Below are positions 16,058-26,440 of a DNA stretch of 64,000 bases, in pieces. The stretch is from IMG/VR virus record IMGVR_UViG_3300028048_002144, one strand, 5' to 3'. The notes under the pieces were generated by a model. It was given only the letters and a program-made list of their open reading frames with translations. It ran no database searches and was not told the DNA's origin. Made by a program: the position numbers and the translations under genes. Positions within the stretch are counted from its first letter, which is position 1. Each line of letters starts with the position of its first letter. Source of the stretch: a virus (lineage: Duplodnaviria > Caudoviricetes).

Positions 16058-17173
16058 TTACTTAAAGATAATGATAACATCATCTCCCATATCAATATGA
16101 TCAATATACTCGTTGTTCTTATTCTTCAGGATCTGGAGCGTAGCGACTACTTCTTTCTTGTTGACAGAAACAAAGTCAAACTGAGCATCCTTTGAATCTG
16201 GGATAGTTGCAGGCTGTACAGAAGATTCATCATTGCTTTCTTCGTTATTTTCTATTTCTGGTTCAGAAGTTTTCATATCTTCTTCTGTATTAATAGAAAA
16301 TGCATCAAACAAGTCTTCCATATCAGCAGCAGCTTTAATCGTATTATCCTTCTGATCTGGTTCAGATGGTGTTGAAACTGGCTCTGGAATTACAGGTGTT
16401 TCTTCTGGTGCTTTTTCCTCTGTAATCTTTTCATCCTTTTTCTTTGAACTAAAATCCTTAAATCTTTTAAGTGTTTCAGCCTTTAGATCAGCGTGGCTTT
16501 CCTGGTAATTAAGTTCATTAATTAGTACACAAAGCATACTTGCATCGCCTAGCGCAGAATGAGGTTCATGAATTGTTAATCCTAAACTATCTGCGGCTAG
16601 CTGCTGATTAATCTTCTTATTAGATCCAAAGAATTTCTCGCTAATAGCCTGGGCATCAATGACACAAATATCATCAATAATAGAAATATCTGTATTTTCA
16701 TTTACGCCCTGCTTAATCAATGTCTGAGAAATAAGTCTTACATCAAAATTGGAATTGTAAATATATACTTTCTTATTTCTAAGGATTGATAAGATTTCGC
16801 CCCAGCAGTTCCTAAACTTAGGAGAGATTTCTAACATCCAATCCGGCAGCTTGTTCTTTGCTGTTGCAAAGGTATTACTTTCACAATCTGGTTTAAATGT
16901 TTCATGGTACAACTTCTCTCCATTTACACCAGTAATACCAATTTCGATAACTTCATCAGTATTAGTCAGGCCTGTAGTTTCTGTGTCCAGGAAGACAACA
17001 TTATCCGAAAGATCACCTTTGTTTTTTACAACAAAGAGTTCTTCTTTTACTACTCTTTCGTAAAATGCTTTGTATTTGTCCTGGTTCTCCTGATCTTTAA
17101 ATTTATAGCCAGAAGGTGTTAATTCTCCACCTAAATGAATGGCCATTTTATTTAAAGTATTCATATCAATCAT
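16058..17173 (-). CDS. DEDDh 3'-5' exonuclease (DnaQ-like) with acidic tail
   Basis: ExoI LDTETTG, ExoII YNSNFD, ExoIII HSALGD. Confidence 0.88.
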   Translation of the reverse strand: MIDMNTLNKMAIHLGGELTPSGYKFKDQENQDKYKAFYERVVKEELFVVKNKGDLSDNVVFLDTETTGLTNTDEVIEIGITGVNGEKLYHETFKPDCESNTFATAKNKLPDWMLEISPKFRNCWGEILSILRNKKVYIYNSNFDVRLISQTLIKQGVNENTDISIIDDICVIDAQAISEKFFGSNKKINQQLAADSLGLTIHEPHSALGDASMLCVLINELNYQESHADLKAETLKRFKDFSSKKKDEKITEEKAPEETPVIPEPVSTPSEPDQKDNTIKAAADMEDLFDAFSINTEEDMKTSEPEIENNEESNDESSVQPATIPDSKDAQFDFVSVNKKEVVATLQILKNKNNEYIDHIDMGDDVIIIFK

Positions 17174-17248
17174 TATACTTTCTCCTTTCTTATCTATAAA
17201 AGTCTATCTTTAATATGAATTATTTTTATAGCAAAAAAACCCTGGAGT

Positions 17249-17806
17249 TTAATCCAGGGCTTTACTCTTCAATTCTGCTAACAGTAAAATTTCTTTTGCG
17301 GTCTTATCTACATCATTCAAACGAAGATTATTACAATCTATAATAATATCTTTTTTTAGAGGTATAGAGAAATCTTTTTTATCTGCGATAAGTCTACGTT
17401 CTATTTCCTCTGTAGAGTCTCCTCTTAATTCAGCTCTCTTTTTGATGTTTTCATCAGAAAGATCTAAATACACTCCAATAAAGTCTTTATTCAGTTCTTC
17501 CAGCTTCTTAACTCCATACGGGTTTAATACAATAACTGTATTATCTACAATTGAGTTCTTAGCACTTCCATACTGGCAGTATCCGAAAGCTGCATTATAT
17601 TCCGCTGTTTCAATAAAGAACCCTTCGTTTTTCTTCTGGTTGAATTCATCATTATTTATAAAATGATAGTCAATACCATCTACTTCATTTGAACGTATAG
17701 GTCTAGTTGTGTAAGTAACCACTCTTTTTAGTCCTAACTTCTCTAGTTCCTTTGCAATAGTAGTTTTTCCGCTATTAGTTTTACCAAAAATAACTAATGG
17801 TTTCAT
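17249..17806 (-). CDS. gmk: guanylate kinase-like protein
   Basis: P-loop GKTNSGKTT; YTTRPIRSNEVDGIDYHF signature. Confidence 0.85.
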   Translation of the reverse strand: MKPLVIFGKTNSGKTTIAKELEKLGLKRVVTYTTRPIRSNEVDGIDYHFINNDEFNQKKNEGFFIETAEYNAAFGYCQYGSAKNSIVDNTVIVLNPYGVKKLEELNKDFIGVYLDLSDENIKKRAELRGDSTEEIERRLIADKKDFSIPLKKDIIIDCNNLRLNDVDKTAKEILLLAELKSKALD

Positions 17807-17865
17807 TAAGTGCTCCTTTCTGCTTTTAAATTCTATTTAGAATATGACTTATAATTTTGGTATTT

Positions 17866-18700
17866 AGACATATGGGTGCAATATATGTTCCCATTTGTCT
17901 CAAGTTTTAATAAAAATCTTAATTACAGACATTTGGGTAGTGAATTATAGACATATGGGTACTATTTTCACGTTAACCTTATAATAAAAGCCTTAAATAG
18001 TACCTATTTGTCTCTATTTATAAAACGCCAGTTGTTGTTTTGTATTTTTATATACAACAATTAGTTATTTATTTAGGAGAATTAAAAAGCCTTTATTTTC
18101 AAGGGATTCTAGCATTTATTAAAGACATTTAGGTATTTAATTTAAGACAAATACGTATTATATGATTGACAATCAAGGCATAAAATCGAGACATCTGGGC
18201 ATTCTAAATTACTGACAAATAGGGGCTTTAATTGAGACATATAGAGCTTAATTAAAGACATATAGGGTGTGTTTTATTTCTACTAAAGACAAAATGGTAT
18301 TCTTTTATAAAATAAGGACAAATAGGTAGTTATTTATAGGTTTAATTGGTTTTTCTATGGATTGTTATTACTTTTATTAGATTATATATGCACCCATTTG
18401 TCTCAAGTTTTATTGGTTATAGAAAATAAAGACATTTGGGTACTATAATCTGAGACATTTAGGGAGTCATATTTTTAATTTGAGACATCTGGGTACTGCT
18501 TTTTATCTTTACGTATAAATTCAAATTAAGACATCTGGGTGCTTCGGCTAATTGCACATACACCCATTTGTCTTAAATTAATTAAATAGAGACATTTGGG
18601 TGTTATAATTTAAGACATTTGGGTACCAGAAAAATTGAAATTAAGACATTTGAGTACAGACGAGCACCTTTTTGTCTTTTCTTTTTTAGCATTTTTGTCT
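17866..18700. repeat. iteron array / replication origin
   Basis: about 25 copies of AGACA(T/A)(T/A/C)TGGGTAC-like motif in both orientations, part at ~22-bp spacing, directly upstream of rep. Confidence 0.88.
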
Positions 18701-18762
18701 ATTTCTTTTATATCATTTTTCATTTACTCTATATTAGTAGATTTGTATATTAGGTAGGTATT

Positions 18763-19989
18763 ATGGATAAGAAAAATATTAAACCTTTTAAGCAGGAAAA
18801 TTTATTAAAGTCAAATTTCTTCATTGGCATGAAGTATAAATCAAAGCCTTTGGAAGATAAAATCGTCTTTTTAAGTATGCTTGCAATTCAGAAAAATGAA
18901 TTTGAAGAAAAAGAAGATGGTCTTTATGTGAAGTTACGTGCTTCTGAGATTAAGAAATCACTTAATATTAAAAGTGGCCATTTTTACACTAACTTAAAAA
19001 GTGCAGCAGCTGCTCTTACTGCGACTAATTATGGTTACGTAGATGATAACTCTGAGCAATTCGTTTTTATTACTATTATCAATAAAGCAGAATACAAGGA
19101 CGGGGAATTAATTCTTAGATTCCCGAAAGAGCTTAAAAATGAATTAGTTGGAGTTAGAAGAAAATTTACTAGTTTGCCTAAAGAGTCAGTTATGTCTCTT
19201 AATAAATCTTATACATATCCTTTATACCAATTGCTTAAAAGCCAGTGCTATTATCCAGCTACATATAACGGCCCTAAAGAAAACGTTTTCGCTGTAGAAA
19301 TCGGTTTGTCAGAGCTTAAGTTAGATATGGGTGTCGTTAATTCTAACCTAAAATCTGTTCGAGACGTTTTATCCTTTAGTAAAGGTAGTCCTACTGATTA
19401 TGATAAAGCAGTAGACAAGTCTCCAGAACAGTTATATAGGCGCTGGGGAGATTTTAATAAAAGATGTCTTAAACCGGCTATAGAAGAAATTAATGAAAAG
19501 ACTGATATTTATGTAGAATATACTAAAATTACTAGCGGTTATGGTGGTAAAGTTAAAGGTGTTGATTTTACTGTTTGGCTTAATGGAGCAGAAAAACAAT
19601 ACATAGATAATAAAAAACGTGTTGTTTTAGATGAAGATGAAACTATTCAGATCAAGATGGATGATAGCGATAAGTTTATGTTCCATGTTAATGTTATGAA
19701 TTTGTTTGCTGATTATGCAAAGTTACCTTATGAGGATATTGTTTCTATCTCAGAAGAAGCAGAATATAATATGGAGAAAATTAACCAGGCTAAAAAGGCT
19801 TTACAAGCTAGTAATTCTGTTATTGATAATATAACTGGTTGGATTATAACTGCGATCCGTGATAGTTACACAGCTAATAAGGTTAAACAAAATAAAACCA
19901 CTTTCAATAGTTTTTCTGAAAGAGAAGATATGTCTGAAAAAGATATTTTAGAATTGAACGGAAATATATTCGAAAATAATAAAGAATAA
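18763..19989 (+). CDS. Rep_3-family plasmid replication initiator
   Basis: LLKSNFF start, FT-L...SL-KSYT-PLYQLLKS, DFNKRCLKPAIEEINEKTDI motif; adjacent iterons. Confidence 0.88.
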   Translation: MDKKNIKPFKQENLLKSNFFIGMKYKSKPLEDKIVFLSMLAIQKNEFEEKEDGLYVKLRASEIKKSLNIKSGHFYTNLKSAAAALTATNYGYVDDNSEQFVFITIINKAEYKDGELILRFPKELKNELVGVRRKFTSLPKESVMSLNKSYTYPLYQLLKSQCYYPATYNGPKENVFAVEIGLSELKLDMGVVNSNLKSVRDVLSFSKGSPTDYDKAVDKSPEQLYRRWGDFNKRCLKPAIEEINEKTDIYVEYTKITSGYGGKVKGVDFTVWLNGAEKQYIDNKKRVVLDEDETIQIKMDDSDKFMFHVNVMNLFADYAKLPYEDIVSISEEAEYNMEKINQAKKALQASNSVIDNITGWIITAIRDSYTANKVKQNKTTFNSFSEREDMSEKDILELNGNIFENNKE

Positions 19990-19992
19990 AAT

Positions 19993-20027
19993 AATATCTC
20001 CCCATTATTATGATGGGGAGATATTTT
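19993..20027. terminator. bidirectional terminator
   Basis: AATATCTCCCCAT-loop-ATGGGGAGATATT. Confidence 0.75.
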
Positions 20028-20048
20028 ATGTTTACATATATTCTTTAC

Positions 20049-20810
20049 TTACGATAATCTTGCAAAATCAAACTCGTCTATAAAGTCTAATTTCTTTCTA
20101 TCCTCTTCTCTTGCGTTTATTAGGTTCGTAAAGGTTCCTGCTTGTTCCAGGCTAATATTTATAGGGCTATTACGCTCAAAGCCTTCTATGGCCGAAATAA
20201 CGCCATACAGGTCCTTATCTACTATTTTATAGTTATTAGGACCAAGTATTTCGTTTAATTTTTCTTTAATCGATGAATCCAGGATAGTATTTTTATCTGG
20301 CTTATAAATAATATGCTTTATGCAATTACTATCTATTTCTGCCAGATCCATAATTTCCTTTAATGCTGGGTTCATATATTTACAGTTAGAAAAACCATGA
20401 TCCACCGATAAACACTTATCGTTATATGAACTCTTAATCACGAATTTAGGTACATCATAAGTTACCTTTCCGATTCCATCTAAAAAGTATATAGGATAAA
20501 TACCCTTTTTGCCTATAATGATTAAACTATAGAATTTTGCAGTATTAAAAGACCTAAATGGCGTAACGGTGCAAAGATACCCATAGGTATTTTTCTGCAT
20601 CCATAATTTACTTTCATTCAAGAAAGTGTCGATCATATCATATGTATTATCGTATACTCTCTCGTACATTTTATCGCCTAATTCTTTAGCTCTCTTTTTT
20701 CCGTCTTTTAATAGTATAGGAGAAGCAACCACTCCTCCTAATACTAAAAAGATTACCACAAACAAAAAGATTTTTAATATTAGTAATAGTATCTCTAACA
20801 TAATTATCAC
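20049..20810 (-). CDS. membrane-anchored degenerate NERD-like protein
   Basis: N-terminal TM; LIIIGKKGIYPI aligns with the neighbour's NERD core but lacks D/ExK. Confidence 0.5.
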   Translation of the reverse strand: MIIMLEILLLILKIFLFVVIFLVLGGVVASPILLKDGKKRAKELGDKMYERVYDNTYDMIDTFLNESKLWMQKNTYGYLCTVTPFRSFNTAKFYSLIIIGKKGIYPIYFLDGIGKVTYDVPKFVIKSSYNDKCLSVDHGFSNCKYMNPALKEIMDLAEIDSNCIKHIIYKPDKNTILDSSIKEKLNEILGPNNYKIVDKDLYGVISAIEGFERNSPINISLEQAGTFTNLINAREEDRKKLDFIDEFDFARLS

Positions 20811-20816
20811 CTAGTA

Positions 20817-21749
20817 TTATCTTAGTTCTTCGCTTCTATCTGATGCGAACTTAATCTGATCTTTTTTCTCTTCTTCAGTTACATTCATCTTCTCTCTAAA
20901 GAAGGCTTCTAGCTTATCAACCTCAGTATCGGTTAATGGACTGGCCTGGATATTTCTTTCCTCTTCTCTAATAGTACCAAGCACTTTATCTTTTAATGTT
21001 TCATACTTAGACATCTTTTCCTTTGTATCGTCAATAACAATTGGTACATTCTTAGTGTTTTCTCGCATATCTCTAAGTTCTGTGTATGCTCCATATACTA
21101 TCATTGAACGGAATTCAACGTTCATATCATTAAGGTACTGCTTAAGAACATTAATATGAGTTTCATTCTGCTTAATAGGGGAATACTTGAAGGTAGATTT
21201 ATTACCTCTAGTAATTACTTCCCAATGCTTATCATCTGTAGCAGTTACCTTACCGTTATAATCTTTTGCTTCAATAACCCAAACAGCCTTGTTGCCAATT
21301 ACGATATCATCAATCTGAGTGTATTTACCATTCTCAGATAAATATATTCCGTGTAAATCAGAGATATTTTCCTCTAATACGTCCGGATTTACAGAATCTC
21401 TGTGGAATTCTTCTTTAGCATTTTTATTAACGCTATAATCATAGCTTGTATCAATATCATTAGTAGCAGCAGTATTATTCTGCATATACATCTGACGGAA
21501 TTTATCGTTCTCTGCCTTTTCTCTCATACCAATAAATGCGCCATTGAAAATCTTCTTTCCAATCTTATAAACAATTAATGCCAGGAGCAGGATCCATACG
21601 CCAAAAGATACTGCTGGTATAGGACTATTATCTTTAATAACCTGGATCTGGTATTGTAGATCAAAAAAGTTCTTTCCAGACATTGGTGCATCAAATGGTA
21701 ATATAAAAGCTCCTAATATTGATAATAATATATACCCTATTTTTAACAT
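20817..21749 (-). CDS. membrane-anchored NERD-domain protein
   Basis: TQIDDIVIGNKAVWVIEAKDYNG and SPIKQNETHI motifs. Confidence 0.8.
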   Translation of the reverse strand: MLKIGYILLSILGAFILPFDAPMSGKNFFDLQYQIQVIKDNSPIPAVSFGVWILLLALIVYKIGKKIFNGAFIGMREKAENDKFRQMYMQNNTAATNDIDTSYDYSVNKNAKEEFHRDSVNPDVLEENISDLHGIYLSENGKYTQIDDIVIGNKAVWVIEAKDYNGKVTATDDKHWEVITRGNKSTFKYSPIKQNETHINVLKQYLNDMNVEFRSMIVYGAYTELRDMRENTKNVPIVIDDTKEKMSKYETLKDKVLGTIREEERNIQASPLTDTEVDKLEAFFREKMNVTEEEKKDQIKFASDRSEELR

Positions 21750-21931
21750 TGTTTCATTCTCCTTTTTATTTTGTTTTTGAGTATTTATAAAAAACCTTTT
21801 ATATTATACTGCAATTTTTATATTTATCTATATATAATATGACCTTAACAATACGTTTTTTGTGATTTTTTGAGCAAAAAATATACCCAGGGAATTCCCT
21901 GGGTATACTTCTACTCGATTTTTAAAAACTA

Positions 21932-24900
21932 TTAGAAATAACTAACTGATGAACTTTGATTAACTAATGGTGCTGATTCATCGAATCCATCAATATCAGC
22001 GATTGTATCTGGATTTAAGCTATAGTATTTTGTACTATCAATTTCAGCCAACTCTTTATCCATACAAAGTCCTAATGTTTTAATTGTAGAATCTTTTCTA
22101 TTCTCATCTTTAGAGAATGGCTCTTTATTATTAGGAGCCATATTTTGACGCATAGCTACAGACTCGTTTATATATGTTGATGAACGTATATTAGTTAATG
22201 TACTTTGCAAGTTTAGTAAATCGTTAGGAGTAGCTTTATTTGCTGCCTGAGCATCAATTGCTTCGCCTAATACATCTCTAGCATTATTATCTGGTTTTAA
22301 TTTTTTGCTTTCAGCGATCTTTCTACTATTCGCTTCAGCTTCAATCTCTGCTATTGATCTTTTTACAGATAATGTCTTTTTCTTTAGGATATAAATATTT
22401 TTACTGTTTCCATCTGCAGTATATTTATAGAATGGCATCATTTCATATCGTACTTTACGTGCTTTAAATGGTGCTATACCTCTCAAGAAGAAGATACACT
22501 GATCATTATCCATTGTTCTTAATTCATCTGGAGTCATTAATGCTCTCTTAGATGCACTATCTGAATAACTTACTGAACCCTTACCATTTTTAGATATAGA
22601 AGTATTACGTTTTATAATAGTTGTTTCACCTAAATACTTAGATATATATTCGAGCGTTTCTGGATCATTAGAACCTAAGAATAATAATGAATCACAGTTA
22701 CCTATAATTGTACCGTAGTTATCTTTATAGATATTCTTAATCTGTCCAATATTCTGAAGAATAATAGTAGCTGAGATTTCATACTTTCTCATTGTTGCTA
22801 GTTTTTGCTCAAAGTATGGGATTCGACCTACGTTAGCAAACTCGTCTAACAGGAATCTAACGTGGAATGGCAACCATTTACCAGCTCGTGTAATCTTACA
22901 ATTTTGCATTGCTAGTATCTTTGATTTAGCAACTTTTTCTTCACTATATGTTTTAAATAATTCAAAATGTTCATTTAACACATTTTCATCCGTCAGATCG
23001 TATTTAGAGGTAATATCTACTTCTTCCTTTGGTGGCTCCTCTTCAACCTTTTTCTTATTATTCCCTAAATTAGAGATAGCACTTAAAATGCCCTTCTTAG
23101 CTTTAAGTTCTTCTTCCTTTTCATCATTTTTAACTTCTTTTTCTGGTTCTTCAGGAACAACTTTTGGTACGTAAATCTCGTATTTTGAACCTCTCTGAAT
23201 CATTACCGCATGTTTTGCTCTCTTTACAAAGTATTCAGCTTCTTTTTTAGCTTCATCGTTTTCTTCGCCAATACTATCGTCTGGTCTTGTTGCTTCGTCT
23301 TCGGCATCATCATTTACTCTATCTTCACCAGTAAGAACTTTATATTCTTTCTTACCTTGTACTATGTTATCTTCATCAATGAATATTCCATTATCTTCAT
23401 CAAGGGTTAATCCGTCATTTTGCTGTCGTTTTTCATCTTCTTTAATCTTAGTCTCCTTCTTGAAAATGCTTATTATTTTATCAAGAATAGACTTTTTCTT
23501 TTCTTTTGTTTCTTCCTCAGCTTCTGTTTCCTTTTCGCCCTGGCCGATAACTTTACCATTCTTGATTACGAAAGCCTTTGATATTTCATTAGTTTCAACA
23601 ACTTCTTCTTCAACATGTTTATTCTTTATAATCTTTATACGTTCTCCAACACTGTCTTCTATCATATAATTTCCCTGACATAAAGCATTAGCCTGGAAAT
23701 ACAGTGTCTGGAACAGCTGAGTATAAAGAATAGCGGCCAAGAAGTTAAATGAATCATGTTCCTGTGGCAAAATTGCAAATAATGCAGTCTTTTCCATTCC
23801 GACTTGTTCAAGGTTAATTGTATCTTCAGTAAGAAGATCTGCAATCTCTTTTGAATCGAGCGTAGAAAGTCTTGATAATGCAGAAATAAGAATACTCTGT
23901 AATGTTTTTCCAGCAGCTGACTTAAACTTATGATACTGTCGTATAGAAATATCTACACCATAAGGTTCATGGTATTTATAAAGATTAGCTTGTCCTCTTG
24001 GAGGTTTCCCTAATTGGAAATTACCGTTTTCGTCAAAATACCATCCATCAGACTCAATAGCCTGGAAGTATTTATCAGTTTTATTCATTTCAGTTGTTGA
24101 GGAGTCTTCACTAACTTTACAATCTTCCATTAACTGAACTACAGACAATAGGTTCTGTTTCAAACCTAATTCTGGTCCATGTAACCATAACAAATAAATA
24201 AAGGACTGTATCATCAACTTCTGTGCTTTTTCCCAGAAGTCATCTCCACCTTTGGCATTTGCATCTTTAGTATTTTCAAGGATAACGTCTGTCAGAATAA
24301 GTACATCAGTATCAGTATGAATATATCTCATAGGATTAAACTTATCTGATTTTTCCATCTCATATAAGTTAAAGACTTTAATCTTATATCCCATACTCTC
24401 TAGCAAATGTCCGGTATCTTGTAATAATTCTCCCGATGGATCGGAACAAACAAAAGATGTATTTAGCGGCATTAACGCAAGATTAGGCTTAACAAAGAAT
24501 CTTGATTTACCTGTACCAGCACCACCAATTACAACGACATTATTGTTTCTTCTTGTCTGTCTAGTATCCATTGACATATAAACAGTATCTGAGAAAATCA
24601 TATCCTTTGTTGGTTTTTCAAGTGAATATGCTCCAGCAGAATATGTATAATGACTATTCCATACTGTTAGTTTTGGATCTTTTTCAGTATACCAGGCTGC
24701 AGTACCATCTTCTGTACCTTTTTTTGCATGTCCATTCTTCCACATTTCTTGTAAATACGCATATATCATTACCATTGATATTGAACTAAGTATTACAAGC
24801 AAATTTGTACCTAGATTAACTGGCATAGCTGGTAAGGAAAATGGATTGGCTGATATTCCTTCCATTGTTTTACCGAGTATAGTGAACGTAGTATCTATTG

Positions 24901-25024
24901 GCGAAGCCAATGCTTGATATGCGCTATACTGTACGCCTACATATATGCCTACTGCATATATTATTCCCCACATTATTATAAATTGGAGATTCAGGCTTTT
25001 TTCTGTACCTTTTTTTAAGTCCAT
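21932..25024 (-). CDS. virD4: VirD4/TraG type IV coupling protein
   Basis: 2 N-terminal TM, Walker A GGAGTGKS, SDPSGEL, DDFWE, Walker B FLLDEFAN, RALMTPDEL. Confidence 0.92.
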   Translation of the reverse strand: MDLKKGTEKSLNLQFIIMWGIIYAVGIYVGVQYSAYQALASPIDTTFTILGKTMEGISANPFSLPAMPVNLGTNLLVILSSISMVMIYAYLQEMWKNGHAKKGTEDGTAAWYTEKDPKLTVWNSHYTYSAGAYSLEKPTKDMIFSDTVYMSMDTRQTRRNNNVVVIGGAGTGKSRFFVKPNLALMPLNTSFVCSDPSGELLQDTGHLLESMGYKIKVFNLYEMEKSDKFNPMRYIHTDTDVLILTDVILENTKDANAKGGDDFWEKAQKLMIQSFIYLLWLHGPELGLKQNLLSVVQLMEDCKVSEDSSTTEMNKTDKYFQAIESDGWYFDENGNFQLGKPPRGQANLYKYHEPYGVDISIRQYHKFKSAAGKTLQSILISALSRLSTLDSKEIADLLTEDTINLEQVGMEKTALFAILPQEHDSFNFLAAILYTQLFQTLYFQANALCQGNYMIEDSVGERIKIIKNKHVEEEVVETNEISKAFVIKNGKVIGQGEKETEAEEETKEKKKSILDKIISIFKKETKIKEDEKRQQNDGLTLDEDNGIFIDEDNIVQGKKEYKVLTGEDRVNDDAEDEATRPDDSIGEENDEAKKEAEYFVKRAKHAVMIQRGSKYEIYVPKVVPEEPEKEVKNDEKEEELKAKKGILSAISNLGNNKKKVEEEPPKEEVDITSKYDLTDENVLNEHFELFKTYSEEKVAKSKILAMQNCKITRAGKWLPFHVRFLLDEFANVGRIPYFEQKLATMRKYEISATIILQNIGQIKNIYKDNYGTIIGNCDSLLFLGSNDPETLEYISKYLGETTIIKRNTSISKNGKGSVSYSDSASKRALMTPDELRTMDNDQCIFFLRGIAPFKARKVRYEMMPFYKYTADGNSKNIYILKKKTLSVKRSIAEIEAEANSRKIAESKKLKPDNNARDVLGEAIDAQAANKATPNDLLNLQSTLTNIRSSTYINESVAMRQNMAPNNKEPFSKDENRKDSTIKTLGLCMDKELAEIDSTKYYSLNPDTIADIDGFDESAPLVNQSSSVSYF

Positions 25025-25684
25025 ATAATTTTCCTTTCGTATTGAGTTTTATTATTCTTTTTACTATTATTAATATGAAAGATTAACTTTTGTTCAGTGC
25101 CACTGATTTCATTAGTCTTTTTAATTTGAATAATCTTTTTATTTCTTTTAGTTTTTTTATTCTTTTTGAATCTTCTAATGCCTTTATAACTTCTAATGTA
25201 AATAAAGAATCTATATGTAATGAATAAGGTGTGTAATACATAGAATACATAGCCTTTAAAACAATCATTCCCATTAAGAAAATCATTTACAATGTTTTAT
25301 CTGATTACAATAATAATAACGATATATTTGTTGGAAATATGATATTTAGAGCAAATGAAGAAAATAAATAAGTCGGAGAATATAAAAGAATTAAATGTAT
25401 TAGTAGATATAGGCTTAATAAAATAAATGAGAAACCCAAAAGAAATATAAGAAACAAAAGAAACGGATAATATAAGCGTAATAGTAAAATTAAATATAAT
25501 AAAAAATACATTTTTAGTCGTTTCTGTATAACAAATCAAAAGAATAATTGATGCAGATTTATTAGATGAAAGAGTAGCATTAAGTAAATCGATGTTTTTA
25601 AAAAGAAGATACAAAATAACACATATAATTCTTGTATAAAAATTAGATAATTAATATAATATATTTTTAGCAAAGGAGAATTAT

Positions 25685-26440
25685 ATGAAGACTATTATGA
25701 TTTCAAATCAGAAGGGTGGAGTAGGAAAGACTACAACCACTTTAGAATTGTTATATTTATTTGGACAGGATTATAAAGTTCTGGGAATAGACCTAGATCC
25801 TCAGATGAACCTTACATTATATTGCGGGGCCAAAGGTGAAAAGACAGCTAAAGATGTATTAGATGGAGATGCATTATTAGAAGACGCAGTAGTAAATGTA
25901 GGAAATTTTGATTTACTTATGGGTGATCCTAACTTATCTAAAGCAGATAAATTATATGGAGATGCAGATGATATATTCTTACTGAATGATATATTAGAAT
26001 ATGCAGACTATGATTTCGTGTTTATAGATTCAGCTCCTGGTAGATCAACTTTATTGTACATGGAATATATAGCTTCTGATTACTCTATTATACCTACAGA
26101 ATGTGATGAGGGTGCTATTGAAGGTATTATCAATACTAGAGAAGATATGAAGAGGTTCCAGAAAAGAGGACAGTCACACGTTAAGATTTTAGGAACTATA
26201 CTAACCAAAACTGAAAATACTTCTCTTCATCAGATGGCATACCAGGATTTAAAAGATATTCATGATAAGATCGGAGCAGATCCTTTTAAAACAGTTATAA
26301 GGAAATCTATTGTGGCTTCAGAAACTAAAACTGCCAGAATGAGTATTAATGAATATAAAAAAGACAATAATGTAGCTAAAGATTATCGTATGTTATATAA
26401 AGAGATTTTAGATAGAATCGAGAAAGATAATGAGCAGTAA
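25685..26440 (+). CDS. parA: ParA/Soj partition ATPase
   Basis: NQKGGVGKTTT, IDLDPQMNLT, YDFVFIDSAP. Confidence 0.92.
   Translation: MKTIMISNQKGGVGKTTTTLELLYLFGQDYKVLGIDLDPQMNLTLYCGAKGEKTAKDVLDGDALLEDAVVNVGNFDLLMGDPNLSKADKLYGDADDIFLLNDILEYADYDFVFIDSAPGRSTLLYMEYIASDYSIIPTECDEGAIEGIINTREDMKRFQKRGQSHVKILGTILTKTENTSLHQMAYQDLKDIHDKIGADPFKTVIRKSIVASETKTARMSINEYKKDNNVAKDYRMLYKEILDRIEKDNEQ

Noticed and set aside
17866-18700. CRISPR array
   Set aside because: Short degenerate repeats in both orientations with irregular spacing next to rep fit iterons; no cas genes
22870-23680. Intein in VirD4 (insert begins near a Cys and ends QN-C)
   Set aside because: No TxxH block B, no penultimate His, and low-complexity charged composition unlike a Hint domain
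25083-25614. Short minus-strand ORFs
   Set aside because: Low-complexity AT-rich sequence, no RBS
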